Source: Octopus sinensis (lineage: Eukaryota). Taken from it: 64,000 bases of DNA. A model generated the notes under the pieces. That model worked only from the letters and a program-made list of their open reading frames with translations. It made no database searches and had not been told where the DNA came from. The DNA is taken from NCBI RefSeq assembly GCF_006345805.1, contig NC_042997.1:9920001-9984000 (forward strand). The letters run 5' to 3'. Within the stretch, counting starts at the first letter, position 1. Each line of letters opens with the position of its first letter. Below are positions 54,180-64,000 of this stretch, piece by piece. The translations under genes and the position numbers were made by a program.

Positions 54180-57100
54180 TTCTATTTTGAATTACACATT
54201 TGTGTTCCTCCCACAACTGTAGAAGGATTTGAAACTATTTTGGAGTATTACCTACACAAAAAAAAGCTACAAGCCTTCTTGATTCTCTTGAATGGCTATG
54301 AGAAAATCATGTCCCCTAGCCAGACCGGAGATCGAGGAGGCGTAGTAGTTCTGCTCCGAAAAGGCTTGACTCTGCAGACAAGTACAATCTTAATAGATTC
54401 TGAAGGTGGACTGGTCGTTCTTGATTCGACATACAGCAATAAAGCTTTCAGGTAGGTCGGAATTTATGCACCTGGTGTTTTCCAGGGTTTTCTCGTGACG
54501 TCCAAGACATTAGTTGTGATAGGAGACTACAACGCTATCCTGGATGCACGTCTGGATAACGGTGGCTCGATTGTAGGAGTGTTAACTCACGCCTCACCGA
54601 TCTGCTTAAGCGCTTTCAACTGGCAGATCGTTATAGACTTGATCACCCGAACGTCCCAGTGTGGACCTGGATGAGTGGCGACGGGGCGCTCAAGTCTTAT
54701 ATAAATAGGATAGTGTTACTAACTAGAGATAAGGCTAGTTTTAGTTGTCCAAAATTTTTTCAGGTCTCTTACACGGATCACAAATTAGTGACGTGTAGGA
54801 GGCACATAGATAATGCACATAGACTGAGATCTGGCTACAGGAAGCTGAACAAGTCTATTTTGGCTTGTGAGGCATATCGTAGCCGGATTAAGGAGTTAGT
54901 GAAGAGGGCATTAACCGGTGTCGTGTTAAATTACAGGCGGTGGTTTGCCCTAAAATGAGCCATCCAATTTGAGTCTATCAGATTTAGCCAGCAGCTAAGT
55001 TTAGATAGGGCTAGAGTAGAAATGAACTTAGTCAAAGCCTTAGAAGATTGGGCTCTGCTTCCCAAATTTTGGCTGCGAGAACGGCTTTAGACCTTCACCT
55101 CAAAGCCAAACATGAGGGATGCAGAGTTCGGGCTAAAGTTTGTACATTGGGCCGCGATGGAATTAATGTTGTCGGGTGGGCGTGCACGGTGCAAACCCAG
55201 CGTAGCAATGATGCTACGATTAGGTCTTTGTTCGAGGAAGATGGGCGTTTGATCGAAGGACAAGATAAGATGTGTGAGGTTTTTTTACAAGCACTTTGCC
55301 GAGTTGTTCGAGAGGAGCAGTGCGATGGACCATAGTAAGGCCCTTCGGGGTTTCTTGGCTGGTGACCCGCGTCTCGCAGCACGAGAGGCTGAAATCTGTG
55401 AAGGACTAATCACGGCTGCGGAGGTTTTCGAGGTGCTCCCCGAGTGCTCCGGGGACAAATCGCTGGGACTTGATGGTCTACCCTATGAGGTTTATAACGG
55501 CATGCCAGACTTGTTTGGGCACCTACTGGCCAGCGTCTATGCCAACTGGCAGCAGAATGGGAGAATTCCCAAAGCTGCGTGTCGTAGGGTGGGGGGTGAC
55601 GCTGATAAGAAAGGACCCGAGGACGGGGAATATCGTAAGTAAATTTAGGTCCATAACTGCTAACGACAGAGTTAAAGATTTTGGCCAAGGTGCTACCAAA
55701 GAGGTTGGTGCGGATCGTGGGAAACCTTGTTGGAGAAGCGCAAACTTGCACTATTCAAGGCAGGTTGATACACGACAATCTCCACCTCATGCGCTATTCT
55801 TTAGAGAGGATGGGTAAAATCTTTGCCAAAGGTGGGGCACTGGTGCATTTAGAAAAGTCTAAAGGGTTTGAGAGTGTCGACCATTGGAATCTGGCGGCCG
55901 TTTTTGAGGCGGCGGCCGGACTACACCTGACTTTCCGTGGCTGGATCGCTGCTTTGTAGAGCAACACCGAGTCTGTCGTCCGGGTGAACGGTTTCAAGAA
56001 GAAACCGTTCAATATTGAACACTCAGTTCGCTAGGGATGTCCCTTGTCTCCAACTTAGTATGTGCTGGCTCTTGAGCCATTACTGTGAAGGGTGGAGGTG
56101 GTAGGGCGTTTCGCATGATCTATGGGGTGGAAGAACAGCTACTGCGTACGCGGATGATATCACTATTATCGTGTCCGATGAAGGGCAGCTATAGAAAACG
56201 CTATCAAAGGATACGAAGCGGTGGCAGGAGCAGTAATTAATCAGGGCAAGTCGGTCGGCTTGCAACTCGGCGGGGACAAGTCGATGCCGCCCAATCACAT
56301 CATGGGACGTTGGACAGAAGGTCCGATTAAGATGCTAGGGGTCTGGTTCGGTCCATACCTCCAAATAGAGAAGAATTGGAGCGAGGTTACAGGCGGGGTG
56401 ACTACCCCAAATCCGGACCTAGTCTGTAAGGGTGTTATCCATGCTAGGAAGTCCGGAAATGGCACAGGTGTTTATAGCATCTGTTACCACCTACCACCTG
56501 ATTGTCATGCCTTTCCCCGATTTGTGGCTGAACAAGCTGGAACGACTCCTATTCCACTTTTTGTGGAAGGTAAGAGGACCACTTATAAGGCGCTCTGTCT
56601 GCTGCCAAAAATCGTTAAAGGGTGGGCTAGGGATGCGCAAGTTCGCGTTACGGCTTACACACCTCTGACTCTACCTGGATGGTGAGTAGGTGTGGTCACC
56701 GCACGTGAGGTTTTTCTTCCCTCAATTGACATCCCTACGGAATATTGGTCCATGGATCAAGCGTAGACCTAGGCAGGGCGAGTGGCAGCTAGTGTCGACA
56801 GGCACTGAAGCTGCTCTCGCGGGTGGGCAATACTGGCGGCAAGAGTTCCACAGCGGATTTCTAAAGCGGGATGGAAGAGTTTATGTTAGATGATATCCTG
56901 AGAGAGACTCTGGGCGTCGATGGAAGTCAGTTGACCAACCTGTTTAGGAGAACTTTTAGCCCTGGTTATCTGGGTAATTACCAGAAATCCCTGGCCTAGT
57001 TATGATATCGTTCAGTGTTACCCGTTCGAGGGAGTTTATCGAGGCACGATCAGGGCGTCCCACCGACATGCCCGAGGTGCTGACAGGGCAGTGAAACTGT

Positions 57101-57470
57101 CCAAGACGTCTTCGTACAGTGTACGAAATTAACGGGACTTATAACCTTTGCTGCACAACTGTTGTCGACAATGGGAAGAGTACAGCTATCAGCTGAGTCT
57201 ATCATAAAGATTGTGCCACCTCCCTCCTTTTACTGAAAGAGAGGGCATGGAAGATGCGTGCAGGAGGGATCACGACATGTACCTTCATCTACGGCCAAGG
57301 GTTGTTAGCTTTTTAAGCTACCACCTGAAGAGCAAAATCACACTTGAGAAGAGCTACCTGTCGCATAATATGCACACAAGAAGATGGAAGTCTGTAGAAA
57401 GGATGCTATACGTGACTGGAACCAGGTAGGTGAAGTCAGCGGAAAACAAAAGCTATCATGTTGGGCGTCG
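54180..57470 (+). mobile_element. L1-clade (Tx1-like) LINE ORF2, near full length, pseudogenised
   Basis: APE: GIYAP, IGDYNAILD, TDHKLV; RT: KSLGLDGLPYE, GRLIHDNL, GCPLSP, AYADD, LGVWFG; C-terminal CPRC..ETV..VFVQC; many stops and frameshifts. Confidence 0.92.
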
Positions 57471-57679
57471 ACTGGATGTCTTGACATCACACAAAAACTT
57501 TTTAATCATGTCTAAATCTTTAAAATTCATACCATTGTTAACCATCTGACATGACTCACCCACCCCCAAACCCTACATATTTCCTTTGTATGTATCGTCT
57601 GTCCTTGTTTGTCCCCTCTTTGTTGGGCCCATTTGGGCAAATAAAATAAACACAGACGACGAAATACGTTGTCACCATG

Positions 57680-58031
57680 GAACATAACGTATATCTGAGA
57701 CCCACTGCGGTCACGACACTGACCATGGAATTGCATCAAGAAAGTTACCCTCCCAGGCACAAGTCCTGGCAAGGTTGTTTATGGAAGACCAGCAGTCGCC
57801 CATGCACACCGGCCTCCCTTCTCTACACCACCAGTGTTATTCAAGGGAAAGGCAAAGGCCAATACTGCTTGGCACCTGTGACGTTGCAACTCATTTGTAC
57901 AGATGAGTGAACTGGAGCAACGTGAAATAAAGTGTCTTGCTCAAGAACACAACATGCAACCCGGTCCGGGATTCGAGCTCACAACCTCACGATCGTAAGC
58001 TCGACGCTCTAACTACTGAGCCATGCGCCTT
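57680..58031 (-). mobile_element. tRNA-derived CORE-type SINE (family D)
   Basis: Head GGCGCATGGCTCAGTAGTTAGAGCG..GCTCGAATCC; core TTCTTGAGCAAGACACTT..CTCATCTGTACAAATG resembling the CORE consensus. Confidence 0.85.
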
Positions 58032-58559
58032 CACTATCATGTATATATATATGATGCCTAAATATTGACATATATGTTTCTACGTATGTATGAATACACA
58101 AATACCACTGGATGCGGTCGACACGCAAAGATTAAACCACATAATCTTCCGCTGTAGTCTTAATCGCGTCAACTCCCACCGTCACTTGTACATGCAGTTA
58201 CCTGTATCCGAGGTTGAACTATAATGTAATTCAAAGATCACAGTAATAATAAAAGAAAAGGAATGAGCATAATGTGGTGCTCCTTTTATTCCAGTTTTTG
58301 CATACATTTCAGTATTTCGCGAGGCATGGTGTCACACTATAGAAGTAACCAGTAGATGCTGCTTATAAAGCCAGAATAGAGCTAACGCATCCTCAGGTGA
58401 TAGAGAGATGGAGAGAGAGAGAGAGAGGGAGAGAGAGTGAGAGAGAGGGAGAGAGAGTGAGAGAGAGAGAGAGAGAGAAAGAGAGAGCACAGAAGAGCAG
58501 TGATATAAGAGAGTAGATGTTGTTTCATGTTTACATCTTTTTCATACTCGTGTCAGTTA

Positions 58560-59070
58560 TATAATATATATTACCTCAATATTAACACACACACACATAT
58601 ATATAATACATATATGTATATATATATACATACATACACACATATATATATACATATATGTATATATATATATACATACATACACACATATATATATACA
58701 TATATATATATATACATACATACATACACACATATATATATACATATATATATATACATACATACATACATATATATATACATATATGTATATATATATA
58801 TACATACATACACACATATATATATACATATATGTATATATATAATATACATACATACATATATATATACATATGTGTATATATATAATATATACATACA
58901 TACACACATATATATATATACATATATGTATATATATACATATATACATACATACACACATATATATATATATATATATACATATATGTATATATATATA
59001 TATATATACATAAATGTATATATATGTATACATATATGTTTGTATGACTATATATGCATGCATATACAAA
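58560..59070. repeat. (TA)/(CA) compound microsatellite with higher-order periodicity
   Basis: Direct reading. Confidence 0.9.
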
Positions 59071-59599
59071 TTATACATATTCAAGGTGAGTTGGGAGAGT
59101 GGGATAGAAAAGTTCTCTCTCTCTTTCTCTCTCTCTACCTCTTCGTACTTTGAGTTTAAAATACCACCCGGATTAACTTTGAATTTTATTCTTTCTAGAT
59201 TGTTAGATAAAGTACCTGTTCGCATCTCGTTGTCTTTCACTAGTTCTCGCTTTATAACACGCTCTTTTACTTTTGAAGAAATCAGGTCTATGTAGACCTT
59301 GATTGTGATGTCCTATGGCAGGTTTTAATCGCCCTCATCATGCCGTATGTCATCATGTATGTCCCTACCGTTAATGGTCGGGGGCCTAAGTAAGAAATAT
59401 ATATACATATATATTTGTATATAATTCGAGTGCTCAAAGTAGATAAGATATAATAGATAAAACTGAAAACAGACATATGTAGAAATTCTCGTTTGTAAAA
59501 GTAAATTAATTCGTTTCTTCATTGCCCCCTTTTTGTCATGTACGCATTTCTCTTCAGGTTATGCGAACTGTGACATGCGACATTTTTTATCTGCAAGGA

Positions 59600-60450
59600 T
59601 GCTTCCAAGATTTTCTTTCATTTTGACAAGGCTTTGATGATGCCGCTCTCCCTTTAAAATTCTTTTGGGCGGAGGAAAGTGATGAAAAGCTCAGTGCTCA
59701 AAGCTAGCTATATATTAGCCATGAAAAAAATCTCTTAAGAGTGGTTTTCATGAATGGATTCCGTGAAAATACGATTGCTATGGGTTGATGAATTACCACA
59801 ATGAAGTATAGCCCAACCTTATAATTTACCTCGTCCTTTCCGTCATAAATTGTTATGTCATAAATTGTTCCTTTCTGTCATAAATTGTTCAACGATGTCA
59901 CATAGCTTTGACTGGTCAGGGCTTTGAATGCATTGGGATACTCAATATGAATAACTTGTAAAAGAAAGGGAAAAAATATGGCCTCACCTTATCATAACTG
60001 GTTTAATGGAGGTGGGGATTCTACAACGAATAATATAACTGGCTGTTTTTGCTTCCTGTATCATACCTGTAAAGTTGTGCTTCATCACCTGTAATAATTC
60101 ATGTTAAGAATATTTCAGGAACTAGGAAAATGCTAATAGTATTGGTGAACAACTCATCCTATTTTCTTTACCGATAATATCGGTCAATTGACGAGGAATC
60201 CCTCTAAAAGTAATCTTACTCATGTTCAAATGTGGAAAAAAAATTTGCAAATGTCTAAGTCTAACTCGAATAAAATGTTTCATATTGTCATGCTCGCTTC
60301 TGATTTCATCAACTCACAGTTGTCGAAGTCCAACGACTCTCACAACGATTGTCTTTGTTCACAGACTCCTGATCTTCTGTAAAGTGTCTCTTCCATTTCC
60401 GAACTTGTTTGTGGAGAGATTACTTCATTGGTATGAAACGCTCTGCAAAT
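59600..60450 (-). mobile_element. Very old RTE LINE RT fragment
   Basis: KWKRHF, TISIFLVPEIFLT*II, EYPNAFKALT, RLGYTSL in RT order; weak. Confidence 0.4.
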
Positions 60451-60733
60451 CATAAAATACTTACATCTATTAACAAATCAGATTATGACTCCTACTCTAT
60501 AGTTTATGACAATAATTATTGTGATATTAGTATAGTTTTATAACATAAGTAATCTATTTTATCTTTTGTACGTTTACTCAATTATTTTTTCTATGCACAT
60601 TGTGATTAAATTAATATTTATAGCACCAACGTTTTATGGCACAAATGTTTAATGGTACAAACGTTCTGAGATCACAAGCTATACGTATACATATGCTTAC
60701 AAACATACAACATATTCCCACACACATCCTTAT

Positions 60734-60766
<33 letters not shown>

Positions 60767-62131
60767 TCATGTATAGATAGATAGGTAGATAGAATGAGCA
60801 GTTTTTTCATTTTTAGAGAATTCCAAACAGCATACATCAAAGTGATGTAAATGAATATCATTTGGACTTTATTGATATATAAGTTCCATTTTTTAATGTG
60901 TATATTCAAACCAAAGGCATTGACAGCTGGGGAAATGTGTACAATAAACTGCATATTAAAGAGAGAGTGAACTACAAAAATATAACATCCAGAAAAAATG
61001 TTGTCACATATTTTCCATAACTACTATCGTTGCTAGTCGTAAACTTGACCCTTAATCTAAATAGAAAACTTACTTTCTCCTAATTCATCGCGGACGGCAA
61101 CTGCAAATCTGACAAAAGCTGGGGAGAGAAGACATTCCTATTTAGTACCATTGATTAAATCTATATACCTAGACTGTTCTCTGTTTGGAGCAACAGAAGC
61201 TTAAATCCCTTCATGAAAGTTGACTTTTATCATTATTTAGAAACACCAAAACTTAATCAGAAACATCTGAAAGAATCGCTTGATATTGTTTCAAAATTCT
61301 TAGCGATTACTATATTACAGCTCTAAGTTATTACCCTTCCTGTTCTTGCAAGTGATGCAGACGGAAAATAGTGCGTTAATACCCTTTGGCTAGAATTAAA
61401 TTCATACTGATCTCAGGATTTATTGAGTCAAGAATTAAGAAGCTGACAGTTCTATATAGCATAACCAAAATTTTCCCAGCAACGGAGAACAAAAAAAAAA
61501 ATCTATTACCAAATTCTCATCTTTACTTTTGCATTTTTAACGAATGGACATCGTCAAACTTGCGACATTTTGCTCGGTAATTACGCTAAGAATTATGGAA
61601 ACCTTCAAATTGATACCATACTTATAAAGAATACCATCCTTAGGAACTCTGCAATTTTTATATCACTTATACGATTTTTTTTTTCACCTCTGATAAGGTT
61701 AGAAAAAATATAGGTAGTGTAACGTGTTACTAGTGTCTGAAACCATTTGCTAGTGACTGATTCATCAGCATTTAATACTATCTTCGAATACCCATTAGTT
61801 TCTAAAGTCTTTTTTCTGTCAGTGAAACTTTTCCACCTGAAGAAGAATTATCAGACAACTTCAGTTAACGACAGGTCGAGATGCCTCTGTTTCAGATTCT
61901 ATTTGGATTAAGTTCCCATTTATTAGCAGTTTCTTGAAAACTGGTGTTCTGTTAGTCACTCAACAAATTACGCTATTCGTTTATTTATAGTACCACATTG
62001 TGCGTGTTTTACGTAAATTATTTTCTCACCAATTACTGGTACGTGGTTATGATTCCCAAATTCTCCTTACAAAATGAACAAAGCTGAAGTGTTGTATCTG
62101 CCCATCTATGTACGCGTGCGTATAAATATTA

Positions 62132-63417
62132 CAGGGTGGGGAAGCAAAATTTACAATATTTTGAGGCAGGGATTGAAAGACAGTGCACGACCAATTAGTT
62201 TATTGAAAGTTATGAGAATTTATTTGCCACAAGAAATTTTACATAATAGAAAATGTTTTTTACTCTATGTGTCCTTCTTTCTCAATAACTGCCTTCACAT
62301 GCTTCCTGAAACTTGCACAAGTGTTCCTCAAATATTCAGGAGACAAAGTCTCCCATTCTTCTTTAATAGTATCTTTAAGAGAGTCGACTTTGCTGTGTGA
62401 TGTTCTATTGGTAGCATGTTCTAAAATGCCCCAAATAGCATCACCCAAAGGGTTTAGATCTGGGCTAGAAGGCGGCCATAAACATGATTCCAAAAAATTG
62501 TTAAGTTATATTTGCAGAAATCTTGTATTTTTCTAGTTGTGTGGGCTGGAGCACCATCCTGTGTCCATAAATAATTACCATCTGGGTAGTTTGCTTTAAA
62601 CCATGGCAATACCTGGTATCTCAGAGTCTTGCAGTAAGTATTAACATTGATCTTTTCATCAGCTCTGTAGAATTTTATAGGCATTTTCTTTCCATCGGAA
62701 GCCACAACACCAAAAGCCATAACTTGAGCAGGATGTTTTGTTTTGAATGTTCCCTTAACCTCAGCTGTTGATTTTGTGATATATCTGTCATATTTGTGTT
62801 TCAGAACAGCAGCGACAGTGAAGAGCTTTTCATCAGAAAAGATCTTTACAATGGCGAATTTTTCTTGAACCCTGTAATAATTTTCTTGCACCTTTCCAAT
62901 CTCTTTTCCTTCATAGCTGTTGTCAACAAGTGCTTTGGTGTTCTTGTGTAAGATTTTAACCTTAAATCATATTTTACTGCATTTCTAACGGTCTTGTTAA
63001 CTACCTCAAGTTCAATTGCCATTTATCTCATGGATTTGGTTGGATCCTTCAGGATTTTGAATTTGAGAGCTTTAATAAAAGCTTTGGTACGTTTTTTGTT
63101 GATTCCTCCACGTCCAGACATCTTCGTAATGGTTTTGCTTATAGTCATTCTATTCTTTACTTTATAAACAGTCTTTATGGACACGCCAACTATTCTTGAA
63201 ATCTCCTTTGGTGTGACGAGTGCATTCAGCAAATCACACACTCTTTGGCATTTGCTTTCCTGATTACTCATATGGACAAAAGTTTCTGCAAAGGTAAGGA
63301 TAACAGCGTTAGGTATGATTATGACATCAGTATATGCTCGGTTTCAAAACAATTGACCTAGTGCCTGCTGAGAAAAAATAACTAGACGTTCATTGTAAAT
63401 TTTGCTTCCCCACCCTA
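62132..63417 (-). mobile_element. Full-length maT/DD37D-type Tc1-mariner transposon, inactivated
   Basis: 26-bp TIRs CAGGGTGGGGAAGCAAAATTTACAAT with TA flanks; FSDEKLF, WTQDGAPAH, WPPSSPDLNPL; one stop codon and frameshifts. Confidence 0.95.
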
Positions 63418-63678
63418 TATCTTTTTGTTCTAATTTTTGAAAATTTTTTACCTAAAGAATAAGTTGAATTCTATTAGACAAATAGATCTCCACCTCTGGA
63501 ATTTTCATAGAAAAGAACAGTGATGAGTTATATAAATATTGAACTTGAGAAAAGTCTTGTATATTTTACTCTCCTGCTTACAGGTTATATTTGCGAAGTG
63601 TGTTTTTGACGGTTACGCTATTTGCTTCAATTCGCCAGTTTTTTTCTAAACTAACAGTTATGTATATACATCTGTCTG

Positions 63679-63709
<31 letters not shown>

Positions 63710-64000
63710 TGTGTGAGCGTGCGTGCGCCAGTATGCCAGTAGTGTGTGTATTGATATTTGTGTGCGCAAGTGTGTACGTCTATTTTTGTATATTTTATTT
63801 ATATTTATGTATAGATAAGTGTACGTATGTGCGTGCATACATATGTACGTACGTATATATAAGTGTATGTATTCGCTTAAATATTTGCATACATATGGAT
63901 GTATGTAAGTGCGGGGTGTGTCAGCAGTTTAGTGTGTGCGTGTGTTTCTTTTATACATATATAAAGTTATACGTTAACAGAACTGTTCTAATGGAATAAT

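Noticed and set aside
59305-59350. ATGATGA..AAAAC hammerhead-like motif (minus strand)
   Set aside because: C3 and G12 are missing and there is no stem II
59842-59889. Three copies of GTCATAAATTGTT (Hox/Cdx-like site)
   Set aside because: Lies inside a decayed RTE fragment; slippage explains it
63584-63660. Acceptor followed by YICEVC (zinc-finger-like)
   Set aside because: Stop codon after two more codons, with no histidines

Overview
AT-rich eukaryotic DNA that is intergenic or deep-intronic, most likely from an Octopus genome. That assignment is recalled from the SINE families and repeat landscape, not from a search. I found no host protein-coding gene I can support, and nearly all listed ORFs are microsatellite read-throughs or transposon remnants. 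The window is a mosaic of microsatellites, four tRNA-derived SINE families, decayed non-LTR retroelements (RTE, CR1/L2, R4/Dong-type, L1/Tx1, Penelope) and Tc1/mariner/maT DNA transposons. The most notable signal is a dispersed set of minimal type-I hammerhead-ribozyme-like motifs at 4360, 12080 and 51319, with a more decayed one at 49501. The first three share the non-canonical compensatory core U3-A8 (TTGAAAA) and a palindromic stem III (ACCGGT), while their stem I sequences differ but remain complementary. One of them caps a 430-bp foldback. Other oddities are multimeric SINEs inserted as single TSD-flanked units, SINE tail swapping, a near-perfect local inverted duplication, an inverted RTE LINE and a partial HDV-like fold.
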